From Gordius albopunctatus (lineage: Eukaryota), in assembly GCA_964276515.1 (NCBI GenBank), contig OZ193909.1, forward strand, positions 16,988,001 through 17,052,000: a stretch of 64,000 nucleotides of DNA, given 5' to 3'. A model generated the notes under the pieces. It searched no databases. It was not told the origin of the DNA and saw nothing but the letters and a program-made list of their open reading frames with translations. A program made the position numbers and the translations under genes. Positions 52,601-64,000 of the stretch are shown piece by piece. How positions within the stretch are numbered: the first letter of the stretch is position 1; each line of letters starts with the position of its first letter.

Positions 52601-55600
52601 CGGCCGCTAGCGAACCTTATTGTAGAAATTTTACGTCGCTCTCCCTGGACCGTTACGCCATATGGAACGAACCGTCTCGGAGACTTGGTCTCTCCCCAGC
52701 TGACACCCCCTGGGACCCGGTTTTCCCATGCGATGCCAAATTTAAAGGTTATCATTATACAATTGTATAAGCATACATAATATGCCCTAACTAGATTTCT
52801 GTCACTCATTTTTATAAAAAATTCATTAAAATTATGGGTACAATTTTAAAAAATGATCATTTTTCCCCTATCTAAATTATTATTGCCCCACTCTAATTCC
52901 AATGCTGGCTACGGCCATCTATTTATTAACAAAATAAAACTTAAGGTTTTCACCTTGAAAAATCTATAATTTTAAAATAGTTCCTTAAAAATTAATCTCG
53001 ATTTACAAATTGTTAATACTCTAAAAAAGCATAATTTTAAAGTAAAAATATATTATTGTCAAACTTAGCCATAATTTTAGCAAATTTTTGGGTTTAGATC
53101 AGGGCGACAGACGCCTCTCCCTGCTTCCCCTTGGCTACGCTCCTGAATATGTATAATGTTTTTCACCTATTTCACCCGTAAGATGATAATTAAATATTTC
53201 GTATTATTAGGCTCCAATTACGGTTTTCGCCCCATCAATTATGGTTACGGAGGAACGGGGAAAGAATTCTCCCTCTCCCTCGGTGGAAATTATCCCAAAG
53301 AACAGTTCACGAGTAATTATAGATTCAATTCATTAATCCATTGCCAATTTTAGTCAGGGGCTCCTTAACATCCTCATGATACGTGGAAGTTTAGGGACTC
53401 GAATTTTTTGACTTTCGCTTTTTCAACAAATATTTGCTTGGGAGTAGATGAAGTCGGTCTAACTAGCTTTATATTTGTTTTGTATCATTTTGGGTGACGC
53501 ATCAAGTTAGTCAATACGGTTTTGGCGCTTACTACCATCGGCGTTGCCAGGCTTAGAATTAGAGGGGTGGGGGCAATAATGATTTAGGGAGGGGCAAAAT
53601 GAACATTTTTTCAAATTTTAGCCATTATCATTTGCGATTTGAAGGATTTTTGGATTTGGGGGCGGGGCAGCCGCCTCTCCCTCTCACCCCTGGCTACGGT
53701 CACGCATAACATATTTAGCTAGCTAACAAATTTTACCATATATCCTTAATTTAAAAAAATTCGTTTATACGTGTTTCTAAATCATCTAATATAATTTATG
53801 TTAGCACGTGGGCCATTCCATAACAAATCTAAACGTTTTCGACAGACCATTTCAGATCAAGATAATTTTTGGCGAGGGTATAGGCCTCATTTATTAGAGT
53901 CATTTCTGAAAATTTTAGCCATTTAGGGCCGATACTTTTTAAGTTATGGAGGTTTTAAGGGCCAAAATCACGTTCGGGAGCGTTTTATGAATTTTACTTT
54001 TTTTTGTCATATTTTTGAAATATTTATTTACCACATATTCTATATAAATTTGCAATTCGATAAAAAAGACAAACATCATAATATGTTCTTGTGATAATTG
54101 ATTATACCGCCATCTATAAATATTTTTGGTGGAAATGCAATTTTTCGAATTCTTGACCATCTCGTAGCCGTTCCCAAACTTTTTATGACTGAAATATAAT
54201 AATGGGTCATAAAGGAGTGCACATTGTGAAATTGGTGATTTCATATAAAGGGTAAATATGTTTTTACGATTTCCCACTAATTTGACCACAAAAAAGTAAG
54301 CGCAAAAGTTTGGGGGGTTTTGCTAAATTAGTTCGATGGAGAATTTTTTAGGAACAAAATGCATCAAAATTTGAATGAATAACGGAATTACTTTTAAAAA
54401 TATGACAAAAAACGGAAAATCCATAAAGCCCTGTCGAACGTGATTTTGGCCCAAAATGGCTAACATTTTCAGAAATTACTCTAATAAATGAGGCCTACAC
54501 CCTCGCCAAAAATTATCCTGATCTGAGATGGTCGATCGAAAATCGTCTTTTTTTGACGAATCGATCTACATGGAATGGCCCACATAGGTTATAAAATATC
54601 GTTTTACTTTAAAATTGCGTTTTACAAAAGTAGTCCAGCCGGGTAGCTTAGATAGGGTCATAAAGAAATTGCTATCCCAGCTCTGGTCGGGCTCATACTC
54701 TAGCCCTGTTTTTAACATTAATTACTTTTGTCGATATGCTTAATAAAAACCATAAAAATAAAATTAATCTCATTCTAAATTAGTAATAATTATAATTTAT
54801 TTGGCAGTCGTTATGCCGACGTACAAACGTGCGAATATGCTGAAGCAATTTTTGACGGAATTTAACGATTTGCCCTACCTGAACCGAATAGTCGTGATTT
54901 GGAATGAAGTTGACAATCCGCCACCCGATAATTTAACACTGCCCAATATCCACGTCCCTATATACGTAATTTGTCACCCACCACTACGGTCAAAGTTTTA
55001 AGGATCCTAGTGAGCTAAGGAAAGTGTTATAGCGATGGACTAAGTTTGCTAAAAATACTGCAAATTCTAGGTTTTTCTGTATAAATTGTCACCCATAATT
55101 GAAGTTGCTCGTGCAAAATTTTCTATTTTAAATGGTTTTTTAAGTATAAAATAAAAAGCGCTATTTTTAGTTTATGTTAAATTAGATCCTGAAAGGCGCA
55201 TTTACAATTTTTCGTAGATTTAAGTTTAAACATTGTAATTAATTTGCTATTCTGCATCAATACTTAACTTTTTTCCCATTGCCCCTTGAATCAAGTTTTG
55301 AAACTCATGGTTATATCTATTTCTTAGTTCATCCTATTTTAGTCTAAGAGCATTGAAGTTAATGTGATTTAATAAGATTAGGTGATACTAATTAATATTA
55401 AATAAATCAAATAATTGCTAAAACTTAGTCGATTCCTAATTGACAATAATAAGGTAAAACATCTCATCATTATCACGTATTTTGAAAATGTTTGACACTG
55501 GATTTTATGACTTTTAAAAGAAGTAGCATTCTCAAACAGATGCTGTGTTAAAAAAGCCATTTTAATGGCTAAAAATGGCATAAACTATGGATATGAAAAT

Positions 55601-58536
55601 GTTTTAAAACCAAATGTGCCATTTAATTTCACCCTTTCTATAAAATCTGAAACACACCAGGTGTTGAAGGTTGACAAAAATAGCCTGAACAATCGCTTCA
55701 TCCCCTACGACGTCATTGAAACGGATGCCGTTCTATCGCTAGACGACGATCTCTCACTGCGTCACGACGAAATCATATTCGCTTTTAGGTGAGTTTTCTT
55801 CAATTACTGCCCAGCCTTTGACGCAAAATGAGATCGGTCATTTAATCGGGATGCTAGTTTGACTTGTTTTTACGCATCTTAATTATAGCGTATTTGTATT
55901 GTAGCACGAGTTATGCTTTTCGTATCTATGCCCTTGTGCTATCGTAGTAGTGTCCTTTGTTATCCAAAATCTTATATTACAAGCACTGTCCGCTAAAAAA
56001 ATTTTTGTTGGAAGAAACGCTTCTTTATCGTAAGTATGACAAACGTATAACATGTTGAAATCATCTTCAAATCAGCGTTATGAGAATGAGATCGCCCTTT
56101 ATAAATCTTTAGGCTTAAAATCACGTTATTCGAGATATTAGTCATTCGGTTCGTCTGAATTAGCTTTTTTATAAAAAAAAAGAGACTTCTCTTGAACTAG
56201 ACGGTTGGGTTTGACAGATAGTCACTTGTCAAGCTCGCTACGGACCTGACTCGGGTATTTTACTGTTTGAACAGCTTTAAATTTTTTACGCGTTTCGAGA
56301 TCAAATATTATAAACGGGCTTATGGCGGCGTATCGTTATTCTAATCGTTTCGGTTTGAATAATTTGAGTGGGTACAATCATAGGTTAAACACATTTTACC
56401 TTGGGCGTGTATCTCAAGTTGGAGACCCGTGATCTGATATCTCTTTTTAATTGCTATGCAAGTTATGGGCTCTCTTTTGGTTATCCGTCCGGTGTCTAAC
56501 TCGTAATTTTTTATTAATTGCCGTCGAAACTTATACGGGATTTTGTAAAAGACTTCCTTTACTTTCGCAAATAGACTAGCTAAAGACAGATGGTTGGTTC
56601 AATTTTTTTGCCTCGTCCGAGCTCAAATTCCACTATTTTTGGCCGGGCTGAGATTACCCGTTGATATAAATTGCTTTTGAAAATTTGTCTGATTCCCTCC
56701 AGATTAATAATTGGATACCACCGGTGTATAAAATAAAAAATTGTATTTCGGTATAATTTATTTGATAAACTTTTCACGGCTTCATGTTGATGTATATTGA
56801 GCCCCATGGAATAATCATTTTTGTGGGCGGGGGAGGGTTTAGAGTTTGGCGAGAATCTCGAGATAGGTTGGTGGGATTCCCGGCTCGCTACCACGCCTGG
56901 AACGCCAGCAGTCAGTTATGGCATTACAAATCCAATCACACCTGCGAATACTCGATGATACTCACCGGTGGCGCATTCATACACAAAGTAAGTGGGACGC
57001 CTTTTTAAACACCCTACTGTTCAGCCCATTTTTTGTGGGTCCCGAAATCAGAGATTAATAATACGATACGACTGGCGAATAGTTGATTTACGCGTTAAAC
57101 GTTGACTTCTGGCATACGTGTCTTTTGAGAACCACCACATTACTATCGTTTTGTTGGGATGATGGTATAGTTGGCACTGAAGTATACATATATTATCATC
57201 CTTAGCTTTGTCAGCAGCCCCTGTTATCTCTACACAAGATTTTACAAATCCCTGATTCATCTATTTCCATTGCTTTCATAATTTTAACAATTGATAAAAA
57301 TTAGGGGAATCAATTTGAATGAGTTTTTTTTGAATATGCACACTTGTGCAGTAAAAACCTGCAAACGTTATGGGAGAAAGAATCATGTGGACATCATACG
57401 AGTGTCTTCCCGTTCATATCGTTTTTTAGTTTGTTAATGCCTCAAACGTGTCGCCCTACACTCTTACTTTATAATTATTATCAGCTATTCGTCGGTCTAT
57501 TTGTTAAAATGGATTTTATCAACAAAATCGTAGATTTCGTTATTGGCTAAACCTGCTTTGAACCTTGATTGCAATTCCTTTAAATTGGGAAATCTATTAC
57601 ACAGACAAATTGTAGAATATTGTTTTCATGCTAGGACAAATATGCCTTTGCTTAGTCAACACGTGTATGGATGTAATTTTATAAATGTTTTAACTTACAT
57701 GGGCTGAACGATTGGGGTATCCAAATTGTTAATATCACTGTATTATATTTTATCGGATAAATGACTTTTTTGACTATATTCGGCATTTCCCTAGGTTTTT
57801 ATTCCCGAGATTGCCCGGCACTGGCCAATTTTCTCTAAGAAAATAGCAGATTTTGTACAAAAAACTCATCGTTGTTTTTCTCTATTTTCACCGATCAGTA
57901 CTTTTTCTACAAATACACCTACGACATGGCGAACATAATCAGGGACAAAGTTGACGAGTGGATGAATTGCGAAGATATCGCGATGAATTTCCTCATGGCA
58001 CACATCACCAACAAACCACCCATCAAGGTATATACTCCGATGGATTATTCAAAATTTCTTGTTTTTGATTTTTGGGCTATAAGTTTAAACCTGCCCATGT
58101 TTGGTTTTAAATGTTTTACACTCTAAATTGGATGCGGGAAAAAGAAGTAAATTTTGTTTTCTTGTGGCAATGCTGTGCTTTTATCAAACTATAAAAGGTC
58201 GCATTCGTTAGTCGTAATTTGCTGATCAACCGAACCCTCATGCTCGTGTTCAATCACAATTCATACCTTTTTTGGATAAAAATATTTATTTTGATAAACT
58301 AAAACGAATTTCCATTGGTTTTTAAGGTCACCGTTCGTTGGACCTTTAGATGCAAGGATTGCCCAGAATCCCTATGGTACGGAACTGATCATTACGACAA
58401 GCGGTCGCATTGCATCAATTATTTCTCCAAAATATACGGTTACAATCCCCTCATGTACAGCCAATACCGCGCCGATTCCGTCCTTTTCAAAACTCGCATA
58501 CCCAAAGAAGAGAGAAAATGCTTCGTTTACGTCTAA
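46605..58536 (+). CDS. EXTL3: Exostosin-like 3 (botv/rib-2 type) heparan sulfate GlcNAc transferase, ~1031 aa
   Basis: Twelve phase-compatible exons: 46605-46919, 48656-48928, 49619-49824, 50119-51035, 51723-52082, 52595-52747, 53211-53312, 54808-54965, 55661-55788, 56843-56987, 57899-58027, 58327-58536. Signal anchor, coiled coil, [109 protein letters not shown]. Confidence 0.93.
49220..49312. mobile_element. Minimal 93-bp family-A MITE in EXTL3 intron 2
   Basis: catgggcgtagcc...ggctacgcctttg with perfect 8-bp TSD tatgtaaa. Confidence 0.88.
53808..54582. mobile_element. Non-autonomous DNA transposon with long (~125-bp) imperfect TIRs, in EXTL3 intron 7
   Basis: gtgggccattccat...aatttttggcgagggtataggcctcatttattagag mirrored by ctctaataaatgaggcctacaccctcgccaaaaatt...atggaatggcccac. 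Superfamily not determined. Confidence 0.8.
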
Positions 58537-58688
58537 ATTAATGACCCCCTTTGCTCTCATTACAAACAACACATACACGCATTTTTGATTTGCCCGATGA
58601 TTAAAATTGTGGTTTTTGCCATCTAAATCAAGACCAATCGTTTTGGCTTTTAAAATCAATTTTTACCCTTACTTGGATATGTTGATGC

Positions 58689-58826
58689 TAGTGTCGTAAA
58701 GACGGCAGGTTTTTGTTAGGTAGACCCTTGGTTTTAGTCGACTTGACATAAATAGACCAGAGGTTTGACCAAAAAATCGTTGGTTTGTTTGTGTTCAAGG
58801 GAAAGCCTGCCGTCTTTACGACACTA
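58689..58826. mobile_element. Family-D MITE just downstream of the EXTL3 stop codon
   Basis: 21-bp perfect TIR tagtgtcgtaaagacggcagg; TSD gttgatgc/gttgatac (7/8). Confidence 0.9.
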
Positions 58827-61661
58827 GTTGATACTCATAAGGTCAACAACACACGACGGTCGTAATGAATAGCACCGATCTCTCTCTCTATTTTGTGCCA
58901 AAGATTGCATTAACGATTGTACACCAGTATTTCGTGAAATTTGGGTTTTCGGTTAGCCAATTATATAGCAAATCTCTTGTTTTAAGTTTTTTATTAAGAT
59001 GATCACGGTTTTTTTACTTTAAATTATAATCAAAATTCTGTGATTATTAATTTAAAGTTTATAATTGTGATGCTAAATATACATTTACCAAAGGCTTTCT
59101 CGTATAATGAAACGAATCGATCGCTCTTTCTATTTATCTTAGATATTTAATTTCATATTATTGATCTCGGACCAAGATGAGCTCGTATAATTGTGAAAAT
59201 TTAATAGAAAATCGTGATTATATTTTTTGTTTGCCTGCATCGTTTATAATGACCTATTAGATGTCCATCACTTCGTGATATTGATTTATATCAGTCAAAA
59301 CTATATATAAAATGTACTCTATAAATTGCATTTCAGGGATAAAATTTATGAAAAAATTATTCGGGAAGAAAATCAAAAAGAAAATAAAGTTTTTTGGGTT
59401 ACAAGCTCTTTTTAGTTTGTTCCTTTCGTCAACAACTTTTTAAATATCAGTTTTGTAGAACCAAACATGTTTTAGGTGATAGAATATGAATTTTTATAGA
59501 ATGAATTTAACAATTTTGTTGTAAATAACTCTGTCATAACTACCCTCAAATAAAAATTTTAAACACGGGGCTATTGAGACCAAGGCTATAATAACTTTTT
59601 TATTCATTCATACATTCAAAATAGTGTGATTATATAAGTGCGAAACAAATCATGTGCCCTATTATAAAAATAAGCGTGAGTTTAGGCAGGGGGGCAGCTA
59701 CCACCCCCCCCTTCCTTAAATTTAAGAGTTCGTGTACATTTAACGAATTTATGGTTACGTTTTTAAAATCATCATTCCGCCCACTTGCCCTTCCTTCCTG
59801 CCTTATTTTTTAAGAAACAAAAAATTAGTCAAACTTTGCCTCTTCCTCTGTAAAAATTGACGAATTGGGCTAAATATACCTTATATTTATTGGCATGTGA
59901 CTCGAAAATGATAGCAGACATATAACGTTTTCGCTCTTATTATACATGTCCTTTCCTTATTTGCGCACATTTTAAAATGGCGGAAAAGCGGCAACCTGTT
60001 TAATGTTGATGAGCAGTCTATATAGTCTATGACAATGATTGCATGAATAGGAAACGTTGCAAATTTTCAAGCAGAGAAAAATGACGCCTTAGGATGCGAG
60101 CGAGATGAGGGGGATTAGAGCTGGAAGAGAAAGAGAGGGAGGGGAGAACGACAGGGGAATAAGTGAAAGGAGAGAATGATCTGTTTTTTAGTTTGCATAG
60201 CTTAATCACTGTGTACTCTAATGTACTTTCCCAAACATAATAGGAGGAATTTAAATGGGCGTTATAAACGCGAATAAAACTAAAAGTAGTGGTGAAACAA
60301 AAAAATGTAGACCATAATTTATATTAAAAATAAATTTAAAATGGCGTGGGAATATAGCCTCAAAAAACGTTTAAAAAGGTCATTTTTCGCACCTTCAACC
60401 TCATTTATCACAGAATCTGGACAACAAGGGAAAAAACTAAAAACTTATTATTGTTCAGCTTAAACTTCTCTATCAGAAAGATTTGTCAAATTGCTGGATG
60501 TTTTCCCTTGAAGACTGTTATTAAAGCTTATTCATGTTTTTTACTTTGACCAACTTGTCCAAATAATGGACAGCACAAGTTTTGTAAAATGGTTGGATTG
60601 CATGACCCACCGTGTTGGTAACCCTGGTTGTTGGCGTATAGATTGGCAAAAAAATTTCAGTTTGGGGTCTTTGGTTGACCTGTGATGTTTAGCGTATTTT
60701 TTAAACAACCAATGCTTTGGGTCAATATAATTGTAATAGCTTTTTGGCTTGGTTGCGAAATATTGGTGAGGGATGCAATTTTATGAAATTTTGATTATGT
60801 ATTTACCGAATGCTTGATTGAAGGGAATCATTGTCGATATTCTTATAAAAATTGAAGGACCAAGACGTAAAATTAAGAGTAGGTACAGGCCTTTTGGCGC
60901 GTTAACCTACCATCTGAAAATTAAATTTTAAGCGCATTTTCTATTATAAAAATTAATACTCGTGCAACAGCAAATCTTTTATATGCGTAGCATTGCTGAG
61001 TGTTGTGATTGAAAGTAACTTATTAGACGCTTTTTGTTGATATAAATTAATTAAATTAAATATCAATGACGATAGAAAATTTCGTTACGAATCTCTAGGA
61101 TTAAAACTGCAAAAAATTATTTCCGATTTAATAATAATATTTTAGGCCAATTAATAGCAACCGTAAACATAAATTTATTAGTAATTCTGAGCACTCCACT
61201 TTTTATATTGCTATGCAATTTACGGGCCCGCTTTTGGTTGTTTTTCCTGCCATGTCCAACTTGCTATTTTTCAATCATTGCCGTGGAAACTTAAACGGGT
61301 TTTTAATGGCTGTGGACTTATGTAATAATAGACTAGCTAATGACCGCTGGTTGGCTTCTATTTTTTTCGGCCTCGCCCAAGTTCTATTGTTTTTGTGCCC
61401 ACGTGATTACTTTTATATTGATGGATTTCTTTGGGCAACTTGTCTACGTTATTGCTATATATCGGATAGTTGCGGAAATCGCTAAATGATTCCCTGCAAA
61501 TTAATGCTCACCGTTGCTTACATCTAATTCGTCTCTCCCGGCCTGAGGTTGCTCATTTGTAATTGCTGCTTTGTGCATTAATTTTGCCAATTTTTCTAGG
61601 TTTTTGCTTTGTTTTTATTGTTTTATCATTCGAACTTCACTATTTTATGTCTTATAAATAT

Positions 61662-63181
61662 TGGAGGTCTGCGTGGGCTTAGCCTAGCCTGCGTCCCCGG
61701 CCGGGCCCGAAATAGAGCAATAAAAAAAGTGCGGACCGGGCTTGGGCTTTGATAAGTAAAAAATTTGAATTTATTTAACTTTATACTATAATTATAATAT
61801 AGAAACAAAAAAATGGATTTATTAGAATGTTGATGAAAAATTATTATTTGCCGGTGGAACTCAAAAATCACTATGTTAAAAGGTTTGCAAGAGATATATG
61901 ATGAAATATTCAGTTTTTTATCTGGAAAGGATTGAATGGAATAAATTGAAGGCATTTCCAAAAAGCATATCATTGTATGAATTAATATGCTTTATTGGTG
62001 AGGCAGAGATGGATATCTCCATTCGGGAAGATAATGAAACGGAAAAGTTTGAAGATTTCAGCAAAGTTGATTCTTATATTAAATTAAATCTAGAAGTGGA
62101 GGATGCTCAGCTAAATTTAAATTATGGTGGAAAGAACACAAACTTATGCTACCAAACTTAACCCTCGAGAGTATTCCTCAAAATCCCGAACGCGAGAGTA
62201 TTCGTGGGGTATAACTCTACCCCACTTCTTAACTTCTTATAACTTTTAAAGTATTCCTTTAAAACCTTTAAAGTTTTATAGATATGTTTATAAAGGTGTT
62301 AAGATTGATGGAATAAATTTTTATATGAATCTAATCGACATTACAAAACTTATTAACGATTTTCTGGACCCCCCATTTTTGGGGGTTATTTTAGAGCTTC
62401 CCCTCATTTTACCTCTTGACATCATATACCTTAAAATAAATCAAAATAAACGTGATTTTTTATTAAAAGAATGTTCAAAATGTATTAAAAACACAAATTA
62501 TAAAAGATATCATCAAACAAAAAAAAAACACCACATACATTTTCTCCAACAGAAAAAAATTTACGCGAGAGCATTCGTGGGGTATAATCATACCCCACGA
62601 GGCAAAAAACTTCTATATTTTAAAAAGTATTAAGCCAAAACCTATGAAATTTTCACCTAACCTAGTTCTTGATAAAATATTAAGCTACTGAAAAGACAAA
62701 ATTCATTAGACTTAAATTGCGTTTTATATTTTAATTTATAATTTGCGTGGGGTATAGAAATACCCCCACGAATACTCTCGAGGGTTAACAAAATTCGCTA
62801 TTCAGTTTTTGTCAATTCCAGCGACCAGTGCTTAAAATGAACGCACATTCAGTAAGACAAGTCGCCTTAAAGAACAGATAAGAACGAAATAATTTAATGA
62901 TAGAATTGATAGTCTTTTATTTTTAAATAACAATATTAAAATATAATTTTTGATTAAAACTGATTTTATATGCTCTAGCTAAGTTATTTTTTGAACAATA
63001 CAAAATAGTTTTTTTATACAAATAAATAATGTTGAAGCAACCTAGACTTGTTTTTATTCGTGCGGGCCTGATGGGGCGCAATTTTTGCCTTTTTTTGCGG
63101 GCCGGGTGCGGGCCAAAAAAATTATATTTGTGCGGGTATGGGCCGGCCGGAACCTAAATTTTCGGCCCATGCAGACATCTA
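61662..63181 (+). mobile_element. hAT (Ac-like) deletion derivative with hATC remnant
   Basis: TIR tggaggtctgc / gcagacatcta; perfect TSD ataaatat. Removing the nested insert restores LWWKEHKLMLPNLTKFAIQFLSIPATSA*NERTFSK. Confidence 0.9.
62162..62784. mobile_element. piggyBac-type MITE nested in the hAT remnant
   Basis: TTAA|CCCTCGAGAGTATTC...GAATACTCTCGAGGG|TTAA. A related fragment lies at ~37990-38060. Confidence 0.9.
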
Positions 63182-64000
63182 ATAAATATATAAGGAGATA
63201 TGGAAGGATAACGCGAAACCAAAGTTACTCTCGAAAGTTTTTAAATTGTAGCAAGGATTAAAGATATCAATGGATGTATTTAATAGATTTGTCATAAGAA
63301 GTATGGATAGAGTTGTTAAATAAATGAGTTCTAAGCCAATAAATTTTTAAAAAACACCTTTCATTTAATCTTTAAGTTTTCACTTTCGTAAATTAACGCC
63401 TAATCATCAATTAAGTGTAATAACTGGTCTCAGCAAGGGTTATTTTAAAGATTCAATCAATGTGTAATTAAACTAAGTATACTATTAACATTCACGTTGA
63501 TGAGGATATTGTTGTTGATTCGCAAAATAAATGTCACAACGTATTCTCTATTTTCTATTTGACAAATAACGCTAGGAACTTTTTAAATTTTACGATTACA
63601 ACCATTTTTGCTTTTTATAAAGCACCTTATTTGTTAGAAAATGTTATAAATCAACAATACCGTTCCAACACTGGCTATTATAGTAAAGCAATTCAAACAA
63701 AAAAGAGCTAAAGGCCCACGAATTTAAGCGTGTAACAACCTAATGAGCAATTATTAGGTGTTTCTTTATAAGCAACTAGCTGTGCCCGGCCAAGTGTTGC
63801 TTTGGCTCAGTCCTTAAGTGGTTAAATAAGTATAACCTATTAATAAGACTTATCTAAAATGGGGTCATATATGAAATAATAATTCAAATAAATAAAATAT
63901 CCATAATATTTATTTAGAGCACGAATTTTATCACGTCATGCATTTTATGAGCCCACTATTTTTAGTATACATATAATAAGACAAACCAAATGCGAATTCT

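Overview
AT-rich, transposon-dense animal (invertebrate-type) nuclear DNA with spliceosomal GT-AG introns. No prokaryotic features, CRISPR, rRNA or tRNA were seen. Three apparently intact genes: (1) a single-exon divergent class-A-like GPCR (6761-8065, -); (2) an 11-exon, ~769-aa atypical cadherin (30228->20143, -) with signal peptide, 4 EC repeats, one TM helix and an acidic tail carrying ~31 Tyr, including GTYGTE(S) repeats, with no catenin-binding domain; (3) a 12-exon, ~1031-aa EXTL3-type glycosyltransferase (46605-58536, +). The ORF track misses a decayed intron-containing SLC1/EAAT glutamate transporter 3' half (~33690-36215, -) and a GPCR N-terminal pseudogene fragment (~36400-36716, -). 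Mobile DNA includes a Helitron whose HUH catalytic block is deleted, two hAT transposase remnants (one with a 34-nt intron), RTE LINE fragments, several hAT-type MITE families with 8-bp TSDs, a TTAA/piggyBac-type MITE and hammerhead-ribozyme motifs. The main structural feature is a near-identical 5.9-kb direct repeat (12631-18562 / 39432-45297) with complementary truncated ends. It brackets a 20.9-kb block holding the cadherin and the pseudogene fragments. All gene models were assembled by eye from splice sites and reading frame, with no database searches.
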